Below, one piece after another: positions 27,100 to 36,885 of a DNA stretch of 44,089 nucleotides. Numbering within the stretch: position 1 is the first letter of the stretch; the number at the start of each line of letters is the position of its first letter. The DNA is from Promethearchaeota archaeon. GTDB taxonomy: Archaea; Asgardarchaeota; Lokiarchaeia; Sigyniarchaeales; SOKP01. Below the pieces are notes generated by a model, which had not been told where the DNA came from, did no database searches, and was given only the letters and a program-made list of their open reading frames with translations. The stretch is taken from NCBI GenBank assembly GCA_030599585.1, contig JAUVNS010000025.1, positions 1-44,089 of the forward strand, given 5' to 3'. The position numbers and the translations under genes were made by a program.

Positions 27100-29892
27100 T
27101 TATTTAATCAAACGAGTTTTTGCTTTAATAGTTGTAATAACATGAGGCTCCATTTTAAGAGTGAATGTGTTACCTGATTTAAAATCAAGAGTAGCTCTTA
27201 TCTCAGATTGAGGTTTCTCCTCTAAGAAGTTCACTATTTCTACGTGTTCAATCTGTATTAAATTACAGATAGATATCGCAGTTTCTTCAGTTTTTGGTGA
27301 TATATTATAAAATCTAAGTATTAAATCATTACCTTCTTCTGTCTTTTTCATTGCGCTTAGGACAATATTTTTGTTTTCGACTTCTAAAAAACTTAATTCC
27401 GAGGGCAAATATGAGAGAACTGGATCCCGCTTTGCTGTATTAAAGGCTGAAATAATCCCAAAAGGGGTTATGACAATTTTATCAGATGCTCTTATTGAAG
27501 TCATCACAATAACTGGTGCAATAACATAAAAGGGATTATTAAATTCTTTTCCTTTTACATGTGTTTGACTTATTAACCAGTCAGATTTATTATCCTCTAT
27601 AACAAGAGAGAGTTCGAAAGAATGTTTACCAATACATTGGGCTTTTGGAGTATTTAAGTCAGGACCAGCGTTGTTTCTTCTCGAAGCAAAATCGTGTCGT
27701 GACAACCATCCAATACAGCGAAGTAACGTAATTGCTAATGAAATAGTGCCATCTTCATTAATAATTGCTTCATATTCTGGTAAACCTTTGTTTAAAACTG
27801 AAAAAGTTCTTGAATTATCACTAACTGAGACGAAATCTTTCTGATGATTTGTGGGTAACGGTTTTTGAGCCCATTTTTCGGCTTTAGGTAAATCTATATC
27901 TCGAGGATTGACATAAAAATGTCCATCACTATATACTTTCCTAGTTTTAATTTTTGAAGGAAAGAGCACGCGAATTCTGTGATCTTTACTTAAATTTTCT
28001 AAATCAATTTTAAAATCTATTCGCTTAATGTCTTTGTAGAGTGTAATGTAAATATCAATTAAATTGGAAACCAGATATTCGCCTCTTATATACCTATCCT
28101 CAGATAAGGATACAGGTAAATTAAGATTTGCTCTAATCTTAAGCGTTTTTTGAGTTAAACCATCAATCAAGGGCAATATTTCAAAAATATTCAAATCTTC
28201 AGATGTGAATTTAAGATCAGTTTGATTTTCATGTGGTCCCGAAAAATCGTATTCATCTCCCCAATCTCCTACATCTTCGAAGAAACAGATATCCTCATAG
28301 AAAACATCCGAAATTTTATCTAAAACATTAATTTGCCCTTTTAAATTTACGTTAATTTGGTAAAATTGATTTTCAATACTATTTACATCTAACTTGAAAT
28401 CGTTTTCTTTAAGAACTAGTTCTTCGGGTTTTTCCCCTGGAACAATATAATAAACTTTATAACCACAAGCAGGCACTTCGGCTAAGAATGAACAATAAAA
28501 ACTGATAGAATATACAACTCTATATCTAGGTTCTTCTTCGCATTCAACAAACTGATACGGAATATTGGTACCATTAGAATCAGTAATTTTAAAATTTTCT
28601 GGCGATTTGAAACCAGCTTTTTTAGTATTAGATATAATGTTAAAACTGGCTAAATCTCTCCTTTTCCACGGAAGTGGGTTGAAGACAATTATTGCGATTT
28701 TATTATCTTCTTCCTTAATAGAGATTAAATCGTACAAATATATCATCGTGTTTTTGAAAACTTCATGTCCGATTTGTTCGGCCCAATCAAATCTTGTTCG
28801 CATCTCATCGTGGACTTGGTCAATGCTACATCCACATATGCTATCATGTGGTGCGTTCTTTTGAAGCCATTTTAAACCAGTTAGAATATAATCTTTTGGA
28901 TAATGAAATTTTTCATATTTATCGAGTGCCCAAGTAATAGCTGCCAGGGGCTCTGTGTACTTTTCATACAAATACTCGATAGCTGTATTTCTCTGCTTAA
29001 TCCACATGCGAGCTGAAAAAACTCCCGAAAGCAGATGAGCATACCTTCCACCCCTCAATTCTCCTTGAAATGCTCTCAATTCAGGATTATAGTTTAAAAC
29101 CTTGTCTACATAGTATTCGAAATCATTTTGTTCTAGAACCTTATCAGGATATAATTCGTTCCATTGCTTTACTAATGCAGGAATTTCAGGTCTTGCTTCG
29201 TGATGATCTGAACCACTATTCAATAATACATAGGGTGTTGCTGTGTGTTCTTCAAATCTTTTTATTACCCTTTTAATTTTAAGAAGAGCTGATTTATATT
29301 TACCTGATTTAGATTTTAAATTCAAATCTGCGACAGAACCATAACTTAACTTCAGAAAGATAGCTAATATGGTACTAGCATTACCCGGAGAATTCCACCA
29401 AAATTCGATGTTCAAATTTAGGTTTTCAAATTCATCTCCAAACCCTCGCCAAAACAAAACGGAAGGGATTTCAAACCCTTTAAGGATTTGCGGAAGTTGA
29501 GCAATATGCCCAAATGGATCGGGAATATATCCTGCTTTCATAACAAAACCAAATTTTCTCGCAATTTGGTGTCCTATAAGCAAATTTCTTATCATAGATT
29601 CTCCAGAAACTAAAAATTCGTCAGGTAAAACATACATTGGGCCGATAGATAGCCTTTTCTCTTTAACATATTTTTTTATTTCTTCTTCACGATCTGGACG
29701 AACTTCAAGATAATCTTCCAATGGGATAGTTTGACCATCGAGAGTAAAATTTTTATAATCTGGGTCGCTCTTTAAGATGTCAAGAAGTTTATCCATTAAA
29801 AGAACTAGCTTTGCTCTATATTCTTGGAAAGGAAGGTACCACTCGCGGTCCCAGTGTGTTTCCGGAACAATAATTATATGATTAGCTTTCAC
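27100..29892 (-). CDS. Glycoside hydrolase family 38 alpha-mannosidase (MngB-like)
   Basis: THWDREWY, LDGQ, PDEFL.SGES, GYIPDPFGH, SDH, HDSICGCS.D.VH, TLLR. Confidence 0.92.
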   Translation of the reverse strand: MKANHIIIVPETHWDREWYLPFQEYRAKLVLLMDKLLDILKSDPDYKNFTLDGQTIPLEDYLEVRPDREEEIKKYVKEKRLSIGPMYVLPDEFLVSGESMIRNLLIGHQIARKFGFVMKAGYIPDPFGHIAQLPQILKGFEIPSVLFWRGFGDEFENLNLNIEFWWNSPGNASTILAIFLKLSYGSVADLNLKSKSGKYKSALLKIKRVIKRFEEHTATPYVLLNSGSDHHEARPEIPALVKQWNELYPDKVLEQNDFEYYVDKVLNYNPELRAFQGELRGGRYAHLLSGVFSARMWIKQRNTAIEYLYEKYTEPLAAITWALDKYEKFHYPKDYILTGLKWLQKNAPHDSICGCSIDQVHDEMRTRFDWAEQIGHEVFKNTMIYLYDLISIKEEDNKIAIIVFNPLPWKRRDLASFNIISNTKKAGFKSPENFKITDSNGTNIPYQFVECEEEPRYRVVYSISFYCSFLAEVPACGYKVYYIVPGEKPEELVLKENDFKLDVNSIENQFYQINVNLKGQINVLDKISDVFYEDICFFEDVGDWGDEYDFSGPHENQTDLKFTSEDLNIFEILPLIDGLTQKTLKIRANLNLPVSLSEDRYIRGEYLVSNLIDIYITLYKDIKRIDFKIDLENLSKDHRIRVLFPSKIKTRKVYSDGHFYVNPRDIDLPKAEKWAQKPLPTNHQKDFVSVSDNSRTFSVLNKGLPEYEAIINEDGTISLAITLLRCIGWLSRHDFASRRNNAGPDLNTPKAQCIGKHSFELSLVIEDNKSDWLISQTHVKGKEFNNPFYVIAPVIVMTSIRASDKIVITPFGIISAFNTAKRDPVLSYLPSELSFLEVENKNIVLSAMKKTEEGNDLILRFYNISPKTEETAISICNLIQIEHVEIVNFLEEKPQSEIRATLDFKSGNTFTLKMEPHVITTIKAKTRLIK

Positions 29893-29987
29893 TTTAATAT
29901 CAACAATCCAATTTAATTTACCTATCTAATTATAAACAAAAAGGAATGAAAATTATAAACATTTCTTAATTTAATTTTAAACTTAGC

Positions 29988-31508
29988 TTAATCAATAACA
30001 GACTTCCCTACGACGCTAAAATGTGGTTTTTCTCCCAATAGATAAAGGAGCGTTGGAACCATATCTGTTGTCTTACAATATGGTAATTCTAAGGAGGGTA
30101 TGTTAGGAGAGCCCCCAATTATAAAGGGAACCGTCATAGATTTTTTAATTCCTATATCATGAGCATAGTGATGTACAGAAGCCGCAGTTTTTCCATGTTC
30201 ATATCCAAACCCGTACTCTCCAAGGTTGGAAGTTAAAATGTCACAAGAACGGGGATTTTTAAAATAGCGCGGTACTTGGTCAATTAATATAGGAAAATCA
30301 ATTTGATTAGTAACTTTTAACCATTCATCAATACTGTGGGATTTTCCATCTAGGAGCCGCGCAGATTCTTCATATTTACTATATTTATAAAAATCTTTAT
30401 CATCGGGAGTATATTTGGTTTTTTGATTTATTCCATGCCCTTCGTACTCAATAATATCGGTGAACTTTTTTCCAGTTTCCTCTTCTTTATGTTCTAGGTA
30501 AATTATACCTTTGTCAGGTGTATTATCGTTATCCCTGTAATACATTGCCTTTACGCCTGGAATATTCCATAAAGTATCAAACACATTTAACTCTTTGCTG
30601 CCAACACCGTTGGGAACAAAATTTTTCAACTGTTCGATAGTTGGATGATTAAACCAATTTTCTCCAGGGAAATTAAAAAATCCGAGACCTCCCATAGCAC
30701 AATCAAAATCTCCAGTTCCCTTCCTAGGTAAGTATTGGGTAAAACCTCTTTCTTTAAAAAAAGGGGCGATATCATACAACTTCTCTGACTTATAATTTCC
30801 GTGATCAGATATAATTGCTATAGCGGTGGAATCGTAATAACCTGTGTTTTTAAGAGTCTTAATTAATGAACCGATGTATCTATCACAATCGGTTACCTCT
30901 TTGATGTACTCTGGATGGTCGAAACCTTTATTGTGCATCAAATCATCTGTTTTAGGGATATATGCAACGGTTACCTTTGGAACATCTTTATCTGGAAATA
31001 AAGATTGAGGATTTTTGAAGACATTTTCAACTCCTTTAAGTATTGAGGAGGATGTATATTCTACTGGAGGTATTAAAATTGAACCTCTATTTATTAGATT
31101 TAAAGAACTCAAAAAATTACCTTCTCCCGCTTGTTCGAAAATGGTTTGACAGTTTGGTCCTAAATCTTTATTTAATTTCAAAAGATGACTTCCTTTTCCG
31201 CAATGTCTAATAATTGGAAATTTCTTTTCTTCTATTAAAGGATACGATCTTCCTATCCAATGATACATAGGAATACCACTTCCTTCTTTGGGAAAGTATC
31301 CCGAATAGGAGCCAATGATGATATTGCTGTAACAAGGAAAAGTTATACTTGGATAGGATGTGATACAATTTTGACTTGAAATACCATTTTTTGCAAGTTG
31401 AGCTATATTAGGTGCCTTTTCTTTGTTAATCAAGTCAAATAAATGAGATGCTCTAAGATCATCAATCAATATTAATATAACTTGATTCACTAAATTATTC
31501 CTGGGCAT
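29988..31508 (-). CDS. Alkaline phosphatase superfamily protein (nucleotide pyrophosphatase/phosphodiesterase type)
   Basis: ILIDDLR, PSITFP (Thr nucleophile), DDLMH, ISDHG, M.VPFII, D..PTL. Confidence 0.85.
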   Translation of the reverse strand: MPRNNLVNQVILILIDDLRASHLFDLINKEKAPNIAQLAKNGISSQNCITSYPSITFPCYSNIIIGSYSGYFPKEGSGIPMYHWIGRSYPLIEEKKFPIIRHCGKGSHLLKLNKDLGPNCQTIFEQAGEGNFLSSLNLINRGSILIPPVEYTSSSILKGVENVFKNPQSLFPDKDVPKVTVAYIPKTDDLMHNKGFDHPEYIKEVTDCDRYIGSLIKTLKNTGYYDSTAIAIISDHGNYKSEKLYDIAPFFKERGFTQYLPRKGTGDFDCAMGGLGFFNFPGENWFNHPTIEQLKNFVPNGVGSKELNVFDTLWNIPGVKAMYYRDNDNTPDKGIIYLEHKEEETGKKFTDIIEYEGHGINQKTKYTPDDKDFYKYSKYEESARLLDGKSHSIDEWLKVTNQIDFPILIDQVPRYFKNPRSCDILTSNLGEYGFGYEHGKTAASVHHYAHDIGIKKSMTVPFIIGGSPNIPSLELPYCKTTDMVPTLLYLLGEKPHFSVVGKSVID

Positions 31509-31640
31509 AATTAATATAATTTCTTTTTTTTAGTTAATTAATTTGTTCTTAGTTAATAATTTTATTTTTACTCGAAGGTGGATTTCATTAGAAATAGAAT
31601 TTCAAAAAGTTTTTGACGATCTCTACATTTAATTAAACAT

Positions 31641-32741
31641 ATGAATGAAGTAGCTGAAAAAAATTTCGTAGTGGGAATTCTTGGGGATAACTTTGATATA
31701 AACAATTTAATAGGTCAATCTTTGGGTTCCCCAGGGACTAAATCAGATATTCTCTTTTACAATCGTTTGGATCAAACTTTAAATCAAGTATTTTGTGGTT
31801 TAACTCCTATAGATTACCCCGAAAAGATTAAACCGCTTTTGCAAACTTTAGCTATATCAAATATTCATATTCTTGCTATAGATTTAAATATTGGATTAAA
31901 TGCCTCAGTTGGAGAAATACTAGTTGGAATAGACATATTTTCAAAATTATATAGGACTAAAGTTTTGGTAGTAATCGCTGGAATAACTTCAAATACGGAA
32001 TGGAAATTACTTGAAACGAAAAAGAAAGTTCGGGCGATTTTGGATAGTACTAGTCTGAAAAACGCACAGATTTTCGAACTTAGAGCCAAACAAGACTATG
32101 AAAATTTAAAAAGAAAAATTGTGGAGCTTGGGAACGAGTTTCTACACCAAAATAACGTTAACGAAGGAAACACGGAAGTGTTAGTTGACCATGTATTTCC
32201 TGTTAAAGGAATAGGAACCGTTATTCTTGGAATTGTAAAACAAGGCGAAGTCCATAGTGGCCAGATGTTAGAAATAACGGGTTATGAATCCGCCGTAAAG
32301 AAAGTTATAATCCGGAGTATTCAAAAACACGATAGGAACTTTAAAGTCGCTTATGAAGGCGATAGAGTAGGTCTCGCCTTAAAAGGTAATATTTCTCCTA
32401 GAGATATAAGCCGCGACAACATTATTGTTACTCCTGGCATCTTTGAGCAGGAAAATGAAATAGATGCCGAAATTTTTGTAAGTCAATTCTATAAACCTAA
32501 AAATGGGATGATTACATCTAATGATGGAATCCAATATTATGGGTTAATAAAGTTAAAACTATCGCCTTTTAAATTTATTGAAGGTCAGAATATTGCCCCT
32601 GGAAAAAGTGGTACTATGAAAATTCGTTTTGATAAATCAGTAGTCCATAACGGAGAAGGATTAAAGGGGATAATCACGGAATTAAATCGTTTCGAGAATA
32701 AACTCCGAATAGTTGGATATTTTCAACAAACCAAAAAATGA
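31641..32741 (+). CDS. Archaeal SelB-like / EF-Tu-like protein with degenerate G domain (aSelBL)
   Basis: LGSPGTKSDI..YN; domain II motifs VDHVFPVKGIGTVILG, IRSIQ.HD, GDRVGLAL. No canonical P-loop. Confidence 0.8.
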   Translation: MNEVAEKNFVVGILGDNFDINNLIGQSLGSPGTKSDILFYNRLDQTLNQVFCGLTPIDYPEKIKPLLQTLAISNIHILAIDLNIGLNASVGEILVGIDIFSKLYRTKVLVVIAGITSNTEWKLLETKKKVRAILDSTSLKNAQIFELRAKQDYENLKRKIVELGNEFLHQNNVNEGNTEVLVDHVFPVKGIGTVILGIVKQGEVHSGQMLEITGYESAVKKVIIRSIQKHDRNFKVAYEGDRVGLALKGNISPRDISRDNIIVTPGIFEQENEIDAEIFVSQFYKPKNGMITSNDGIQYYGLIKLKLSPFKFIEGQNIAPGKSGTMKIRFDKSVVHNGEGLKGIITELNRFENKLRIVGYFQQTKK

Positions 32742-32835
32742 CTTTCATCAAGTATCTAAGATAAATTCCATTAATTAAGCAGTGAAAACTTCTATATATT
32801 AAGTTAGAGAAAAATAAAAAAAGTGTGCTTTTTAG

Positions 32836-34074
32836 TTGAACGCAGGAAACTTGTTTAAAACTCAAGAGCCTAAAATCTATTTCAAATCTTCAGAAATAAT
32901 GGAGGAAGTTATAGATAACTCAATTCAATTAATAGTTACATCACCTCCATACGGTAAAATTAAAGATTATGGTAATCAGAATCAAATCGGTTTTTTTGGG
33001 ACTTTTGATGACTATTTTAAAAGGTTAAAACAGGTTTGGTCTGAATGTTACCGAGTCCTCGAGCCTCAATGTAGAATGGTTATAAATATAGGAGATCAAT
33101 ATTTAAGAACTTCTGAATTTGGAAGATATCGGGTTTTATCAACTGCTAGCAAAATTATAACCGATTGTTTAGATTTAGGTTTCGATTTTCTTGGAGATAT
33201 AATATGGCAAAAAATTAGTACTACTAACACTACGGGAGGTTGCACCTTAATGGGATCCATCTATTACCCCAGAAATGGATTGCTTACCTACGATTACGAA
33301 CACATTCTTATTTTTAAAAAATATCAAGGTAAAAACAAGAGGAAAGTTGATCCGATTATAAAAGAGATGTCAAAAATTCCTTTGAGTGAGTGGAAAAAAT
33401 GGTTCACAGGGCATTGGAAATTCCCGGGAGTTGTACAAAAAGAACACATCGCAATGTTTCCTGAAGAACTTCCATATAGAATAATAAGAATGTTCTCCTA
33501 TATTGGTGATACTGTCTTAGATCCATTCTTAGGTTCTGGTACAACATTAAAAGTAGCAAAGAGTCTCTTTAGAAATGGCATCGGTTACGAGTTAAATAAA
33601 GACTATAAGAAAGTTGTCGATAACAAAGTTGAAAATAGTAAGCCTGGTCTTTTTCGAGATTATCAGTTTATGATGTATAAATTATACGAAAAAGCTCGAA
33701 ACGAAAAATTCGAGATACAAATTGAAAAACAAAAACAAAAAGGGGTTGTGTTCCTTAAAAACGTAAAAGAAATAGAAGTCGTATTAGATTATCTCTTAAT
33801 CGAAGAGCAAATCTATAATCAAGCTATGATTAAAACAGAGCTAGATGCAAAACTAAAAGAAAATACTTTAACTAGATATCTAAAAGGCATTTTAATCGAT
33901 AATAAGACCCAAAATTATGTAATTTTAATTAACTCAAAATTTGATAAAGATCCCAAATTGAAACCATTTTTAAAAGCGTACCTGAGTAGCGTAAATCTAA
34001 TTGACAAAATTAGGATTATTACGATGAGTGATTTTCTCTCGGATGATTTCAATTCATCTAACTTTTTCCTCTAA
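32836..34074 (+). CDS. Site-specific DNA methyltransferase (N4-C/N6-A, beta class) with C-terminal extension
   Basis: VTSPPY near the N-terminus, IIWQK, H.A.FP..L, VLDPFLGSGTT. Confidence 0.92.
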   Translation: MNAGNLFKTQEPKIYFKSSEIMEEVIDNSIQLIVTSPPYGKIKDYGNQNQIGFFGTFDDYFKRLKQVWSECYRVLEPQCRMVINIGDQYLRTSEFGRYRVLSTASKIITDCLDLGFDFLGDIIWQKISTTNTTGGCTLMGSIYYPRNGLLTYDYEHILIFKKYQGKNKRKVDPIIKEMSKIPLSEWKKWFTGHWKFPGVVQKEHIAMFPEELPYRIIRMFSYIGDTVLDPFLGSGTTLKVAKSLFRNGIGYELNKDYKKVVDNKVENSKPGLFRDYQFMMYKLYEKARNEKFEIQIEKQKQKGVVFLKNVKEIEVVLDYLLIEEQIYNQAMIKTELDAKLKENTLTRYLKGILIDNKTQNYVILINSKFDKDPKLKPFLKAYLSSVNLIDKIRIITMSDFLSDDFNSSNFFL

Positions 34075-34169
34075 AATATATCAAGAGTTTTGTTAAACCT
34101 GCCTCTCGCAGAGTATTCATCAAATAACTTTCCATTTCGGATTTTTTTATTTGAATCATTAAATTTGGT

Positions 34170-35036
34170 TTAATCATTACAATCAACGGATTCCTTGAGA
34201 TTAAGTTTAATGAAAGCTTCTTCTTGTTCATTTCTCTGGCTCGATTTGACTGATCTGTTTACTTGGGACAAAAATTTCATTGCGTTGATTTTTCCTTCGT
34301 TAATGCTAGTTATTAGTTCCTCCTTACTTAATGCTCCAGAAATAGTTAGTGCTGTCTGAAACGACTGATCTGGTTTTAATGTTTTAAACTCAATTTGTAA
34401 AGCTGATAGAATCTCTCCTGGTTGACCGTATAGCGTATTAGATAGATTTAGTTTTTCAGTGCTAATATTGAAATCTTTAGTTAAACAAGTTTCATAATAT
34501 GTTGATCTTGATATTGGAGAAAACCCTCCAAATAAACTCGTGTCATCATATTGATAAATTATATCGTTTTTTTCGTCATATCCTGATAAATCGTTATCAA
34601 AACCGTCTAGCCCATTGATATCAAAATCAAAGACGAAATATAACGAAAAATCTAATAAATCGTAATCTGAAATGTTCTTTATAGTAAAGAATGCGTTAAT
34701 ATAGGGAACATTTGAGCGATTGAATACATCAATGTATAACCGAATCAGAGAATTTTGTTCACTAAGAACAATCGGTTTAATCTTTTTCTGTGCGATTAAT
34801 TTTTTTAAGTATTCCTTTATATCAAAATCAAGTGTAATACGATTAATTGTGGTTCCAGTACGACTATTAACCATTTTATAGATCGGAGTTGATTCGACAT
34901 TTTTTAGGAGTACACCAATAGGCTCTAAACTCTTATTTTTAAGTTTAAAACTGAACCACGGGCCAGCATACACTTGTTCTGTCAGTGCTATAAGGTATTT
35001 ACCTTTAAACATTAATTCTTTAATGGAAAAACCCAT
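34170..35036 (-). CDS. Hypothetical protein (probable beta-sandwich)
   Basis: 288-aa ORF with FTIKN...LYFVFDFDING; no confident family. Confidence 0.65.
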   Translation of the reverse strand: MGFSIKELMFKGKYLIALTEQVYAGPWFSFKLKNKSLEPIGVLLKNVESTPIYKMVNSRTGTTINRITLDFDIKEYLKKLIAQKKIKPIVLSEQNSLIRLYIDVFNRSNVPYINAFFTIKNISDYDLLDFSLYFVFDFDINGLDGFDNDLSGYDEKNDIIYQYDDTSLFGGFSPISRSTYYETCLTKDFNISTEKLNLSNTLYGQPGEILSALQIEFKTLKPDQSFQTALTISGALSKEELITSINEGKINAMKFLSQVNRSVKSSQRNEQEEAFIKLNLKESVDCND

Positions 35037-35132
35037 TAAATAGCCAGATTGGTTTCAAGCAGCTAAAATTTCGTTGAATATAACTTTTAGTACTATTTTT
35101 TAATAACCTCCTTGAATTAAATTTAAGAATTT

Positions 35133-36119
35133 TTATATTTTTTCAATAAATCGATAAGCAATATAAAGGAACGCTTCGTTGACATTTTCCCCCGTGCGTG
35201 CTGATGTTAAAATGTAGTGGAACCCAAGTTTTTTCGCAACAATTTTTATTTCTTCTTCGGTAATTACTAATTCATCCTGTAAATCTGATTTATTACCAAC
35301 TATCACAACTGGTATATTCTGCGAAACAGCGTCTAAAATTTCTTTATACCACCTATTTACACTTTCTAGATTATTTGATCGAGTTCTATCAATTACTATA
35401 AACGCTGCACTTGCTCCTTCGTAAAATCTATGCCTATATGGTGCCATTGAGGAGATTTGCCCCCCGATATCCCACAAGACAAAATTTATCTTTGTGTCTT
35501 CGTCCATTACTACGGTTTTTTTAGAAATTTCAACCCCTATTGTTGAGATATAACTTTCTGAAAACAAATTTTCAACAAATCTTTTTATTAGAGATGTTTT
35601 TCCTACCTGAAAATCGCCCGTTAAAATTAATTTTGATGTGAATTGACCTTTTGGTAATTTTCCTTCCCTTCTATTTGATAAAACGCGAATTATCTCCGGT
35701 ATCTCTGTAGAAACATTATCAAATCCCTCAAGAACAAGTTCTACTTTTCCCGCGATATATTCAGAATAGATTCGTAGCTTTAAATCAGAGGTTGTTGGAT
35801 CAGCGATAGTAGTCAATATTGAATGTGAACCCATCGAGCAATACGCAAATTTCTTCTCTTGCATAGAAGTTATGTTAAAGAAGTTACTTTGCGTCTGGAA
35901 CTCGTTTTTTATTCGATCGATATAAATGTCAAGGAACGCTGAAATCGCGCCCATCACAGAATCAGATTCTTGTCCGGTTTTTTCTTTGCTATTCGAAGCG
36001 ATTATAAAACCATCTCGATCGCAAATTGCCACTGCGATAGCACCATCAATATCGAACATGTAATTTTCTAATAACGATTCAAGTATAACAATATTAGGTA
36101 ATCCTTCCATAGATCTCAA
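35133..36119 (-). CDS. Roadblock-like domain fused to a Rab-like small GTPase
   Basis: N-terminus AICDRDGFIIAS...GAISA; G1 GDFQVGKTS, G2 STIGV, G3 WDIGGQ, G4 NKSD, G5 TSAR. Confidence 0.92.
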   Translation of the reverse strand: MRSMEGLPNIVILESLLENYMFDIDGAIAVAICDRDGFIIASNSKEKTGQESDSVMGAISAFLDIYIDRIKNEFQTQSNFFNITSMQEKKFAYCSMGSHSILTTIADPTTSDLKLRIYSEYIAGKVELVLEGFDNVSTEIPEIIRVLSNRREGKLPKGQFTSKLILTGDFQVGKTSLIKRFVENLFSESYISTIGVEISKKTVVMDEDTKINFVLWDIGGQISSMAPYRHRFYEGASAAFIVIDRTRSNNLESVNRWYKEILDAVSQNIPVVIVGNKSDLQDELVITEEEIKIVAKKLGFHYILTSARTGENVNEAFLYIAYRFIEKI

Positions 36120-36339
36120 CTTCTAAGTAAGTCTTATTAAAAATATTATAGATTTAAATAATATAAATATAGCTATAAAAGAGAGAGGAATAACCGCCTC
36201 TTCTGGTTTCTCATACTATAATTTATTTTAAGGTAGTGGTGAGAGTAATAGGGTCTTCTCAGAGAAATTGAAATCCCATTTTTTAGGTTATATCTCCATA
36301 TTATTCCTCTTTTTATTCAAATACTATTTTCATTATTTT

Positions 36340-36531
36340 ATGTTAGAAAATTTACCTTTAAGCGAAAATAGGTCTGAAGAGAAACAAATAGAAGAAATCT
36401 TGTTTAGAGCTGTAAACCTTTTTGAAAAAACGGGTTTAAAAGAGTTGGCAGAAAAATGGGATACCATCTTGAAAATGTATGTAGGTAAAAAGGTACTAAC
36501 TAAAAAAGAAATATATTATCATTCTAAATAA
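36340..36531 (+). CDS. Small hypothetical protein (~63 aa)
   Basis: ATG at 36340 gives a charged helical peptide. The upstream part of the track ORF looks intergenic. Confidence 0.4.
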   Translation: MLENLPLSENRSEEKQIEEILFRAVNLFEKTGLKELAEKWDTILKMYVGKKVLTKKEIYYHSK

Positions 36532-36885
36532 CGAATTTCAAGCGTTCCATTTCAATTGTAGAATTCATGACGAACCCCATCCTTTTTTTCTCTGTTAATT
36601 ATTAGCCTATAGTTTTCATTGGAAACTAAAACTAAATATACCTTAGTTAAGCCATAAATTCCTAATTTTATACCCAAAATATAATTTGATTAATTAACCT
36701 TTTTAAAATTATCAATTTTTCCCCAAAATTGAGCCTTAAAACATAGTTTTTTCTTAAATATCCAATTGTAGTCCTCAAAATTGGGGAATTAGTTTTATAT
36801 TCTAGTGCGATCTTAATTATAAAATAATCAAGAAAATTCCGTAATAAAAGTAATTTTTATTTAATAACAATTAAGGGTAAAAAAG

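Noticed and set aside
31641-32741. Bona fide selenocysteine elongation factor SelB
   Set aside because: It lacks the GHxDHGK P-loop and the C-terminal domain, and fits aSelBL better.
3935-32865. Short track ORFs overlapping recognised genes (e.g. 3935-4273, 5147-5335, 7646-7879, 18226-18702, 22945-23235, 28565-28864, 32674-32865)
   Set aside because: Opposite-strand shadows of motif-supported genes, with no recognisable features.
36532-36885. Possible RNA gene in the long intergenic gap
   Set aside because: Very AT-rich with no tRNA cloverleaf or stable structure evident; likely a promoter region.
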